From the NCBI GenBank assembly GCA_965234775.1, contig OZ248566.1: 32,000 nucleotides of DNA; one strand, written 5' to 3'. A program made the translations under genes and the position numbers. This document shows positions 11,432-21,800 of this stretch, one piece after another; the first letter of the stretch is position 1, and every line of letters starts with the position of its first letter. This DNA is from Burkholderiaceae bacterium (GTDB lineage Bacteria > Pseudomonadota > Gammaproteobacteria > Burkholderiales > Burkholderiaceae_C). The notes beneath the pieces are model-generated. The model did no database searches. It saw nothing but the letters and a program-made list of their open reading frames with translations, and had not been told where the DNA came from.

Positions 11432-11635
11432 TCAAGCGGGCTTGCAGTCAGCGCACATGAACATGCTTTGATTGAGCACGCGTCTGAAGCTGCCCAGTGC
11501 ACGCGGCTTGTGCAATCCGCATTTGTAGCAACTCATGCTGGCGCCAGTACCAGAGGCTGCAAATGGACTGCCACCTTCTTTGGATTTGTACCTGAGGCCA
11601 TCGCCAGAAATTTTTGTGGTTTCGTCTTTGCTCAT
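11432..11635 (-). CDS. small zinc-ribbon protein (CxxC-N21-CxxC), function unknown
   Basis: 67-aa ORF directly downstream of, and co-oriented with, the integrase (36-bp gap). It has CYKCG...CADC, but no family was recognised. Coding status is supported only by position and the Cys pattern. Confidence 0.5.
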   Translation of the reverse strand: MSKDETTKISGDGLRYKSKEGGSPFAASGTGASMSCYKCGLHKPRALGSFRRVLNQSMFMCADCKPA

Positions 11636-11671
11636 GCAGGCATTCTATTGAGCAAGCCTAGATTGCGGCGA

Positions 11672-13018
11672 TCATTCCCAAGGCCTGGGTCTGCGCTTGC
11701 TCTGCAGTTCACCCACGTTCATCTCACCCTGCAAGGGAGCAGCGTAAAAGCGGTCAATCATCTCAGGACTGGTGCGAGCATTTCGTGCCAGGGTCAAGGT
11801 GTCCACCGTTCTGCCAAACATCAGCCGGAACATGATGCTGCTGTGGCGCAGACTGTAAAGACTGCGTGGCTCACCCACATTGCCAATCTTCAGTTGTGTG
11901 ATGTCAAGTATTGAGTCAAATTGTTTGGCCAGCAACTTCATGGCATGGTCTCTGGTGGATGCCAGGGGCATGAACACAAAGTCATCTGGCTGAACGGCTC
12001 TGCCAAATTCAAGCTCTTGGCGACGGCAAATGCGCTCATACACCTTCACAGCCCAGGGCATGGTGGTAATTGGATAGCTGTGGCCCTTGCTGGGGGGTAG
12101 GGTCAGCCGCAAATAGGTCCATTCGCGTCTGACAATCTCCACATGCTTGTGCTGCATGTTGCGAACATCAGTGGGGCGGATGTAGCTGTTGACCATGAAC
12201 ACAATGAGATCGGCCAAGTCTCGCGTGATGTCATAGCTTTTGATCAAACGGTCACCTGGGCTGTGCTTTTCCCCTGAGAGGCAGAAGTAATTGCCCTCAC
12301 CATCACTTTTCACACGCCACTCAATGCGCTTGCCAGCAAACTTTTTGGCGGCTCTGAACAGCTGCTTGTACTCGCCCACATTGAACCAGCCCCGAGGCTT
12401 GTCTTCCACGCCCACCTTGGGAAACTCCGGCAGGTGCTGCAAAAAGCTGTGCCTGGCACCATGTTGAAGCACCTTGCGCACCAGCCCCATGTAGGCGCTC
12501 AGAGTTGAAATGCTCAACTTGGGTTCAAGACTGGACATTTTCTGCAGGTACTCATCCAACAGCTTGTAGTTGATGCTCAACACATCCGTCTGACCAAAGA
12601 ACGGCAGGATGTGCTTGTCCATCCTCAGCTGCAGGTTCATGTAACTGGTCTTGGACAGCTGCATGCGATTGAGCTTGGCCAGTTCAGTGTCCATCAGCAT
12701 CTTGGCCACCTTGGCAAAAGACACCACCTCTGCTGCGTTCACATCAATGGGCAAGCCCTCAAACGTTCCGCCATGCATGCGCAGGTTGATGTCATCGTAA
12801 AAGCGCTTGGCAGCTTCCAGTGCATCACGCTTGTTTTCTGTCTTGGTGGTGCGCTTGAAGATGTGCTTTTCAGCGTAGTAGCGTACCCACCAGTAGCTTG
12901 AGGCTGGGATTTTGAAGATCACCAACTTTCTGGGGTAGCCAGGAATCCGTGTGATGGTGTCCTGTAGCGGGACAGATCTGTGGCGCTGATGGGAGTCGGG
13001 TTCTAGTGCTCGGGCCAT
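11672..13018 (-). CDS. tyrosine-type site-specific integrase
   Basis: 448 aa from the ATG at 13018. The C-terminal catalytic region has SLYSLRHSSIMFRL (HxxR-type box) and IDRFYAAP (candidate catalytic Tyr). The gene sits next to the tRNA gene, in the orientation typical of island integrases. Confidence 0.88.
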   Translation of the reverse strand: MARALEPDSHQRHRSVPLQDTITRIPGYPRKLVIFKIPASSYWWVRYYAEKHIFKRTTKTENKRDALEAAKRFYDDINLRMHGGTFEGLPIDVNAAEVVSFAKVAKMLMDTELAKLNRMQLSKTSYMNLQLRMDKHILPFFGQTDVLSINYKLLDEYLQKMSSLEPKLSISTLSAYMGLVRKVLQHGARHSFLQHLPEFPKVGVEDKPRGWFNVGEYKQLFRAAKKFAGKRIEWRVKSDGEGNYFCLSGEKHSPGDRLIKSYDITRDLADLIVFMVNSYIRPTDVRNMQHKHVEIVRREWTYLRLTLPPSKGHSYPITTMPWAVKVYERICRRQELEFGRAVQPDDFVFMPLASTRDHAMKLLAKQFDSILDITQLKIGNVGEPRSLYSLRHSSIMFRLMFGRTVDTLTLARNARTSPEMIDRFYAAPLQGEMNVGELQSKRRPRPWE

Positions 13019-13127
13019 GGCTTTCACTCGCAATGTTCTACATAGTGTGTTTTCTGAGAAGCAGGGCAGTCAACCGAAAGCTGGCTGGACTGTGGCTTTT
13101 AGACGATCTGCACAATCGATCGAATGG

Positions 13128-13784
13128 TCAGGCAGTTGCTGTTTGCTCTGCAGGTTCATCTGCACTGCTCTGGGAGGTTTGACCTGTCCAATAGTGCTTG
13201 TCATGCCAATCACGGAGATCTGATAAGGTTTTATCGATCGCTTGTGTGCCATATCTTTCTGTCATTGCTTTTAAACAGTCAACATCAAAGTTTTCGATCA
13301 CAGTGTCTTGAATGCCACTTTCCAGGAGTTCTTCTTTGTGTTTTTCAACTTTTTCGGGCCATCTTTTGACTTCATCAAACAAGTGCCTGGCATGGTGATA
13401 GTTGTGCAATCGCTTGCTTAATTTTGTAAAGTCGTTGTTCTCTACGTAGAAAGATCCACTGCATATTTTTGAGTACTTCAAAATAAAAAAACTGTTGGGT
13501 TGAATTCTTTCTGCAGTGAAGTAAAAGTGTGAAATCGGAATCGTTGCCCAATAGCCAGGACCTTCCTCGCCAGTGTCTGGACTTAAACAATATTTCAATC
13601 TACCAAGAGAACGGATGTAATTTCTGTGATGACCGTGTGCTTTGTAGCAACTGAAATCCTCAGTACCCAGCAGACGAACGATCTCTTTGCGCTTGGGCAG
13701 CTCGCCTTCGTCCTTCACATGCCAAAGCAAGATTGAGCCTTTGGTAATTTTTTCGAAAAGATTTGACATGACATTCGCTTCCAT
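13128..13784 (-). CDS. hypothetical protein (AT-rich orphan)
   Basis: 218-aa ORF, or 213 aa if it starts at MSNLFEK (13769). It is markedly more AT-rich by eye than its neighbours. No motif was recognised. Confidence 0.55.
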   Translation of the reverse strand: MEANVMSNLFEKITKGSILLWHVKDEGELPKRKEIVRLLGTEDFSCYKAHGHHRNYIRSLGRLKYCLSPDTGEEGPGYWATIPISHFYFTAERIQPNSFFILKYSKICSGSFYVENNDFTKLSKRLHNYHHARHLFDEVKRWPEKVEKHKEELLESGIQDTVIENFDVDCLKAMTERYGTQAIDKTLSDLRDWHDKHYWTGQTSQSSADEPAEQTATA

Positions 13785-13789
13785 AAATT

Positions 13790-13811
13790 CCCTAAACCCG
13801 AAGGTTTAGGG
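13790..13811 (-). promoter_or_regulatory. intercistronic stem-loop (9-bp stem, UUCG loop on the mRNA strand) overlapping the RBS of ORF 13784
   Basis: The minus-strand RNA reads CCCUAAACC-UUCG-GGUUUAGGG, then AAUUU, then AUG (13784). It is preceded by a C5UC6 tract. Confidence 0.5.
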
Positions 13812-13830
13812 GGGAGGGGGATTGCTTGGT

Positions 13831-14865
13831 TTAAGCGGGTTGATTAATCGTCACGCCGCCAATGGTTTGGGTCTGGGGCGCATTGAGCATGGCCTCAGGT
13901 TGCACTGCACCGTTCACTGCAGGCATGCCACTGGGTTGATAGCCCTTGTCGCCAGGCTTCATGCCCCAGCCAGAGGTGATGCCCAGTTTTTCGCGCAAGA
14001 CGTCAAGCTTTTGTTGCATGGCTTCCAGGTCATCTGGCATGCTGGCCTCGGCCACCAGGTTCAAGATCTGCGACTCCATGGATTCGTTCAGCTTGAAGAA
14101 CCTGACCACGCGGCGCTCTTGGCCAATGGGGTTCACGCAAACCGCAAACTCAAAGCTGCCTTGCTTTTTGCCCTCAACCACGGTGTTGAGCACAAACTGG
14201 TCATCCACATGCACCACGGTTTGGCTTGACTTGGCATTGGCCAAAAGAATTTTGCGCAGCATCTGCGTCTTGGCTTCCTTGTGATCCTTGACGTTTTTGG
14301 CTGCTTCGGCCTCGTCCCTGGTGGCTGTGATCTTGCCAATGCCGCCACGGTCTTTGATGTAGTTGGGCAGCTCTTGGGCCGTGAGGTTTTCATCATGCGC
14401 CACCTGTAGTACTTTGGAGTACGAGTAGGCGGTCTGACGATCCGTTGGCAGGATGAAGCGCAGCACCGTGGTGATCCAAGGCGTGTTGGCCTGGGTCTTG
14501 ATCTCATGCTCTTCCTCCAAGCGCTCACGCATGCGCTGAAGGATGTGATCCCGCAGGGGTGACTCGTTGATCTGCAGGGCATAACTGTAGATGGCACCCA
14601 AGAGGGCATAAAGCTCCTTGGTACCCCTCACAACGTATGTTTCCACATACTGGTCGTTCATCTTGGACAGGTTCTGGGCCTGCCCCAAAACCATGTCCAC
14701 CTGAGCGTCGTTGGCGCTCTTGTCACTGGGTCGGCGGCTATCGGAACCGCCAAGGGCGCGGTTCATAAGTAGGCCAAAAGCAAACTCATCCACAGCTGGA
14801 ACCGCTGGGGCAGGGCTGGGTGGAACCCCATGAAAGGCAATGGTTTGGACGGACTCTTGATTCAT
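13831..14865 (-). CDS. hypothetical protein
   Basis: 344 aa from the ATG at 14865 (MNQESVQT), which has a strong AGGAG 6 nt upstream. The N-terminus is Pro/Ala-rich, followed by a helical-looking core. No family was recognised. Confidence 0.65.
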   Translation of the reverse strand: MNQESVQTIAFHGVPPSPAPAVPAVDEFAFGLLMNRALGGSDSRRPSDKSANDAQVDMVLGQAQNLSKMNDQYVETYVVRGTKELYALLGAIYSYALQINESPLRDHILQRMRERLEEEHEIKTQANTPWITTVLRFILPTDRQTAYSYSKVLQVAHDENLTAQELPNYIKDRGGIGKITATRDEAEAAKNVKDHKEAKTQMLRKILLANAKSSQTVVHVDDQFVLNTVVEGKKQGSFEFAVCVNPIGQERRVVRFFKLNESMESQILNLVAEASMPDDLEAMQQKLDVLREKLGITSGWGMKPGDKGYQPSGMPAVNGAVQPEAMLNAPQTQTIGGVTINQPA

Positions 14866-14979
14866 AAAAACTCCTGTTGAAAAATAACTTTCGGGACCGT
14901 CGGCCAGGATGGACACGACAAGCACAGGTTAGTTTTCTGGCGTCGGAGGTTTTTCACTTTTTCGAGGGGGTACGAAAAA

Positions 14980-15720
14980 ATGAAAGTTCAAAGGCTGGAA
15001 TGGTGTAGGCAAGAAAAGCTGGTTTCCTTGATCGCTGGTGGGCTACTGAGGTCTGAGGTGACCGCGCCCTTTATCCACGGCACCTACCTGGAGCTTTGGT
15101 GGCGATGCCTTAAGTGTTCTAAAGAATTCACCCAAAGCGGCCGTACCGGCATATTCACCTCTGCCGGCGCATACAAGACCTTCTGCATGTTTGGCTCAAT
15201 AGAAGACATGACGTTTCATGACTGGTGGCTGAGCAAGGGCCATGAGTTTTTTAGTCAAAGCATTACGACCTTGCAAGTCACGCTGTATGTGAAACGCAAG
15301 AACATCAATGCATTTGCAATTACCGTAGATGCATTTCAAGATGTATCAAGCCAGTTGGCCGGAAAAGAGTTTGGCTTTTGGCACGACCAGATCTGCCTGC
15401 TGAATGCAAAACAGGGGCTGCTGTCTGAGGCACCATTGTCCTGGCCAATTTTTCGCAGTCGAATTGGCTTGGAAGCGATCTCTCAGCTGTTGAGCATCAT
15501 GGAAACTCATGACCAAATCGTTCGCAATGCGCCAAAAACATGTCTATGGCAGATAGGCGAACAGCTAAAACTCAACCCTAAGGCCATGCCTAAACATGAT
15601 GACTTCCCTGCTGATGCGGCAGACAAGCACAAGGCCATGGGTCAGACTGTGAGCAACTACCTGAGAAAAGGGAATCGCCTTGTCAAAAATGCATGCAATG
15701 GCATATTCCCTAAATGCTGA
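14980..15720 (+). CDS. hypothetical protein
   Basis: 246-aa ORF with GAGGGGG 9 nt upstream of the ATG. It is divergent from 13831-14865 across a 114-bp intergenic region. No family was recognised. Confidence 0.55.
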   Translation: MKVQRLEWCRQEKLVSLIAGGLLRSEVTAPFIHGTYLELWWRCLKCSKEFTQSGRTGIFTSAGAYKTFCMFGSIEDMTFHDWWLSKGHEFFSQSITTLQVTLYVKRKNINAFAITVDAFQDVSSQLAGKEFGFWHDQICLLNAKQGLLSEAPLSWPIFRSRIGLEAISQLLSIMETHDQIVRNAPKTCLWQIGEQLKLNPKAMPKHDDFPADAADKHKAMGQTVSNYLRKGNRLVKNACNGIFPKC

Positions 15721-15851
15721 TCAAAATTAATTTTTTCTCCCGTCAACTACAACGTGGGGCATTCAAAAAGGTTATGGGCTAAAGCCTGGATTCATGCGTG
15801 GAGCTCGCAAACCATTTAAGTATGAAGGATTCCCAATCGCTCAAAGCATTG

Positions 15852-18800
15852 TTAATCTGCTCTTTCTGAGATCACCACCAACGTGCGTTGTCCGCCAAAG
15901 GTCAATGCCACTTGCAGTGGAAAAGCGCCATCCGGCACGGCGCTGGCATCAAACCGCAAGGTTTTGACATCAAATTTCAGCCATTCAGGAAGTGCAGAAC
16001 CACTCGGTAAGTTTGCGCGAATATCGGAACTTTCTGCGGCTGCGGTACGAACCGATTCAGGCAGATCAAAGCTAAATCCTGCGCCCACGGTAGACGTTCC
16101 CTTTGGCAAAGAAACCGCAAACATCATCGACAAACCGGTTGAACTGGGTGCATTGCGTTGCTCAACGCTGATGCCTGATGCCTGCGAGCTTGCAGCTGAG
16201 CTGTTGGCAGAACTGCCTGAGTCATTCGTCACCAAAGTTTGGGTTGTGGCACTCACCATCAACGGTTGAGGTATGTTGGCATTGGACAGACTTGTGCCCA
16301 TCACAGGCGGTGTTGGGTTATTGGCCAATAATTTAGAGGCGACAACTTGCGCCGCGGTGACATTGGGTGAGACAGAGACATCGCGTGTGATGTTGGTGCC
16401 CGTTTTGTTGACAACCCCAGTGAAGTTGTTGGTGCCGTCTAGGGTGATGCTGCCGCCAGCGGTGAGGTTGGTGGGGCCGGTGGCGACAGTGAGTGTGCTG
16501 CTGGTGCCCTGGGTGACGTTGCCGGTGGTGGCAGTCAGGTCCAAGGTGCTGGCGTTGACCACACCGTTCACAGCGAGGTTGGTGGCAGCAGTTGCGTTGA
16601 GGTTGCCAGCCGTGGTCACGGTGCCCAGTGTGAGCGCATTCGCATCGACGATGGTCACGTTGCTGCCATTCAGGCTAACGGCACCCACAAAGTCATTGCC
16701 CGCATTGCCCAAGTTGATTGCGGCGGGTTGTCCGCCCTGCGTGGCTGTGAAACTGCTGGTCGATTGCGCTGTGATCACGCTGCCGCTGGATTGGCTGATG
16801 GCGCCATCGGTGCTGGTCACGCTCAATGTGCCTGTGCTGGTCAGGTTGCCCAATTGCACGCCAGCCGTGGTGTCTGTGATGCTGGTGTTTCCACCCACAG
16901 AAACACTGCCCGAAGCGCCTTGGCTGAAGTTTTGGGTGACTGATAGGTCACCTCCAAGGGTCATGGCACCGCCAGTTTGCACCAACGAGGCTGCCGTCAT
17001 GGCGCCTGTGCCCGAAAAGCTGCCACCGCTTTGGTTGAAGCTGTCCGAGGTGGTTGAGCCTGTATTGGTCAGAGTGCCGCCACTTTGCGTGAGGCCGCTC
17101 AAAACCATGCCGCCCGTGCCCACATTCAAGGTGCCCGCGCTTTGCGACAAATTGCTGCCCGTGCCCGTCAACCCGTCAATGTTGACCGCACCGCTTTGCG
17201 CAGGAGCAACCACTGTGCTGCCAAAGCTGGCCGTCACGCCAGAGGGAATGACCACGTTGGCCACGTTGGACAAATCAGGCACCGCACCGCCCGCCCAGTT
17301 GGCGGGATCAAACCAATTGCCCGTTGTGCCGCCCACCCAAGTGACAGAGTTCAGGCGTGTGATGCTGCTTTGCGTGTTGCTGGCGTAAGTGATGGCGTAA
17401 TTGCCGCCGCTGTTGCCGTCAGCCACCACCGCTGCGCTTGGCGTCAGCGTTTTGCCGGTGCCCACATTCTTATTGTCAAAGTTAAGGCTGACGCCACTCA
17501 CCGTATCGCCTGCAACACCCAGTGCTGTGCTCAGTGCCGTCAAGTCTGCTGCGGTCACTGAGGAGGTGGTTTGCCCGTCGTAGACCTTGGTGCCCGTCGG
17601 TGCAGTCAGTGTCACGGCTTTGGGCGTGATGGTGCCTGAGCCACTGATGGACGCATTGGTGATGGTGTAGTTGCCAGCATCGTTGCCCGTCAATGCCAAA
17701 TTGCTGAGGGTGTAGGTGGTCGAACCTGCATTGCGCGAGGCAAATTGCCCATTTCCGCCAGCGCTGACTGCGTCGGTCAGGGCACCCGACGTCACCACGC
17801 CGGTCATGCCAATCGAGACCCCAGTCGCTGCGGTGGTGCCGTCATAAGGTTTGGTGGCGTTATTGACATTGGGGGTCAATGCTTTTGGTGTGACAGACAA
17901 GTCACCCACGACGGTCAAGCGACTGAAGTTGGGGTTGGCGCTGGGCGTGATGGCAAGCCCAGAGCCTTCCAACTGGTAAGCCCCTGCCTTTGTCTGTAAG
18001 GTCGTGCTGAGCGAAGCATTGACAGGGGTGAGATTGAATGTGGCCGATGTGCCTGCGCCGTCGTTCACGGACACGGCATTGCCGTTCACGTTCACAGTGC
18101 CTACGTTGACCGGTGCAGCAGGGTTGCCCCCCGCAGGCATGTACTGAGCGCTGCTCACGGTGTAGGTGGGCGCAGACCCGTAGGTGGCACTGGCGCTTTG
18201 CAAGCGAACCAAGAGTTGCTCAGCCGGCACGATGGTGTAACTGCCCTTTGCGTAACTGATTTGGTAATTTGGCGCAACAGCGCCAGAAGGTACCAGTGCA
18301 TTGGCATAGGTGCCTGCAGACTCGGTGCCACTGCTGGCCAACACACCGGTTGCAGCGCTGCCGTTGGTGATGTTCAAGGTGTTGGTGCGGTCTACGCTCA
18401 CCGTCGGTGTGCTGGTCAGAACGCCAGCGGTCGACGCCGTTTCGCCCACCACAAAGGGTGAATAACTGAATGTGAAGCCAGGGTCTGCGGTGGTCACAAA
18501 CTTGGCATCGTTGTTGGCGTAAACCGTTAAAGAAGCTGGGGTGATTTGTTTTGTAGCCGCTGCAGGCTGCGTGAGCGAGTAATTGCCTGACTGCGCACCC
18601 GACAAGCTCAGACCCGTAAAAGTCACTGTGCTGGCCGTGGCGACGTCTTTGGTGTTGAAGTTGCCAAGGGCTGTGCCAGTCAGAGCAACGGTGTCGCCCA
18701 AGTAGGCCTTGCCGTCACTGCTGGTGCCCGTGCCTGTGGCAATGGCGGTTTGCAAGACCGCCGTGCCGCTCACAACGGCTGTGGTGGTGCCGTCGTAAAC

Positions 18801-21800
18801 CTTGTCAGCGGTGGTCACGCCCGACACCGTCAATGCCTTGGCCGTGATGCGTGGCGTTGTGGCGTTGGCGTGCTGGGTCAGGCTGTAGTTGTCTGCGCCT
18901 GTGCCAGTCAGACCCAGACCTGAGAAAGCCACCGTGTTGGCTGTGATCACGTCTTTGGTGTTGAAGTTGCCAAGGGCTGTGCCAGTCAGGCTCACGGAAT
19001 CAACCGCATAAGCCTTGCCGTCGCTGCTGGTGCCCGCGCCTGCCGCAATGGCAGTTTGCAGCACAGCGGTGCCGTTGACGGCGGCTGTGGTGGTGGCGTC
19101 GTACACCTTGTTGGCCGATGACAGCCCGCTGACGGTCAGCGCCTTGGCCGTGATGCGCGCCGTGTTATCGGAAGGCTGCGTGAGAGCGTAATTGCCTGAT
19201 TGCGCACCCGTCAAACTCAGGCCTGTGAAAGCCACCGTGTTGGCCGTGAGCACGTCTTTGGTGTTGAAGTTGCCCACAGCTGTGCCCGTCAAGCTCACCG
19301 TGTCACCCGTGAAGGGTTTGCCATCACTGCTGGTGCCTGTTGCCACAGCCGCTTGCAATACTGCGGTGCCGCTCACCACGGCCGTGGTGGTGCCGTTGTA
19401 AACCTTGTTGGCGCTTGAGAGCCCAGAAGCCGTCAGCGCCTTGCGGTTGACCGTCAGCGTATTGGCGGAGACGCTGTAGCCCAATCCAGTCAAGTTGCTG
19501 GTGATGGTGTAAGGCGTGGCATTGGCATTGAGACGGCCCGAGGAATAGGCCGCGCTGGTGATGGTTTGAGAGAACGTATCGCCATTCAACAACCCAGTGG
19601 GCGTGGTGGACAACGCAAAACTGTCGCCATAAGTGATGACTTGGTTGAGGTTGTCCAGGGTGATGGCTGTGGGCTGTTCGCGATAAATGCCATACACACC
19701 CGAGCTAAGGGCGGTCCAGCTGCCAGTGGCAAAGTTGGTCGATTCATCGGCGTTGTACCTAAAGCGCCCAGTGCCTGCCGTCAGGCCGCTCAAGCTGGTC
19801 AAGCCCGTACTGCCTGTCACGCTGCCAGTCATCAGGCTGATCCTTCCTCCAGTACCGACGCTCAGCGTGGGCGTTCCAGAGATCAGCAAGTTGCCCCCGG
19901 AGGCAGTTCCTGGGGCGGTGCTCTTACCCGCGTTGAGCAAGATGGCACTGCTGGTCGTGCTGGTGGTGTTGATGTTGTCAGCCAAGGTGAGGTCGCCCGT
20001 CAAGGTAGAGACACTGACGGCGCCGGTGGCTCCAATGCCAGAGGTGGCACCCACTGTGCCGATGGTGAGCGCATTGCTGTCAATGTAGGTTAGGCTGCCC
20101 ACGCCGCTGGCCGCCAAGGTGCCAACGTTGTTGCTGGCGTGGTCAAGCGTGACGTTTCCGCCTAAGAGGAACAGGTCACTGGCGACAACGAAGCCGCTGG
20201 TGCCATCGGTGACAGCCTTGCCGGTGCCGCCTTTGAGGGTGATTTGGCTGTTGGTGGCCGTGATCGGCGCACTGATCGTGATGGCCCCACCGTTAATGGA
20301 GATCGGACCTGTTGCGGTGATGGCTGTGCCCACGGTCACATCGGCGGTGTTGGCGCTCTTGCCCAGGCGCACGCTAGAGGGGGAGCCTGAAATCGATGGA
20401 AATGTCTGCGCCGCTGAGAAGGTGGACCCTGCTGATTCAAAAACGATGTTGCCACCCGTGTTGAGTTTCAGAGCATTGGGGTTGAAAGTTTTGTTGGCCT
20501 GTATCGTGATGTCAGACGTGCTGGTGGTCACAGATGATCCACTCACAGCCCCGATATTCAAAGTTTCACTTCTTAGAGAGGTGATTGAGTTCTGCGTACC
20601 TAACGAGCTTCCATCCGGTGTCAGGTCAACGATACTGATGCGCCCAGACTGCGACAGCAGACTGGCCCCGGCCCAGTTTTGCAGACCATCTGAATTGGCG
20701 GTTGTTCTACGGTACAGGTTCAGGGTGAGTGCACCGGAGTCGGTGACGATGGTGTTACCGCCACTGAAATAAATACCCATTGCGTTACCGGTGGTGGTCA
20801 GATTGGATGCATTTCCTGTCACGGTGATGTTGCCGCTGCCACTGGTCCGGACAATGGAGTTGTCGCCAAAAAGAACGGCGACGTCATCTTGAGTTCCGCT
20901 AGCCCCCCCAGCTGCAAAAGAAGAACTTAGATTTATGTTGCCGCCAGAGGCATTGAAGCTGGCGTTGTTGCCAATTAGCAGAGCATAGTCTGTGCTGCTC
21001 GTTTGGGGTGAATTTGTGACGCTGTAAGTGATCGGTGACCCTTGGGTGGTCACGCTGAAAGACCCCTGTACGATGGCTGTGCCGGAAAGGCTGATACCCG
21101 TGCTGTTGGTCGCGGTGCTGGATAAGTTGTTGTTCACCGAAATGATGCGGCCAGCGTTCAGAGTAATCCCACCACCAATGCTCAAGGCATAGTAAACATT
21201 GATGTCTCTGTGCGCGGTCAGCGTCAGAGAATTAGCGGCCGCTTGGGTGACTGCGGCATTCACTCTGATGTCGCCATTGCCTCCCGGTGACGCATCCGTG
21301 GCAATGGCAACGCTGGTGGTGAGTAAGTTGCCGGCCAGGGTTGTCGCGCCAATGCCACTCGTGGTTTGCCCGCCTGAACCGGCGCTGATGGTGAAGTCAA
21401 TCGGGTCCAGCAGCCATTGGCCAGCGTTGCCTTTTGGCGCCAACGTGTTCACCCCGGCTGTTTCAGCCACGCGCAGTGTGTGCCCTGAGGTTTCGACACG
21501 CCCACCTTGGCCGCTGTTGGGGCCGCCTTGTGCATGAATTTGCCCTGCAAAATCGGTTTCACTGCCTTCTGCTTTGACATCACTCCACAGCACCACCATG
21601 CCGCCATCGCCATTGTGCGTGGCGCTGGCATCGATGGTGGCACCGCTGGCCATGTTCACTGTGGTGGCCTGTTGGTTAGGCTGCTCTGTGACTTGCAGCA
21701 GCGGGTCAGCGCTGCCTTGCCAGTTGCCCCCCACCAGCACCGTGCCGCCGCCGGCAGGCCCCGTGGCGCTGATGCGGCTGCTGCTTTGCAGCTCAATGCT

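Noticed and set aside
11468-11914. 148-aa plus-strand ORF overlapping the Zn-ribbon gene and the integrase 3' end
   Set aside because: It is antisense to two co-oriented genes, one of which (the integrase) is well supported. No motifs were seen.
7502-15068. Exact 17-nt match TCTGAGGTGACCGCGCC at 7502-7518 (iscA/hscB junction) and 15052-15068 (inside ORF 14980-15720)
   Set aside because: There is no extended similarity on either side. A rough estimate gives about 0.05-0.1 expected 17-mers of this kind in a 32-kb window on both strands, so chance cannot be excluded. A genome-wide count of this word would settle it.
15721-16300. Possibility of a CdiA-CT toxin and downstream CdiI immunity gene
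   Set aside because: No VENN or pretoxin motif is visible in the C-terminal region. The 131-bp downstream region has no small co-oriented ORF, and the next gene is convergent.
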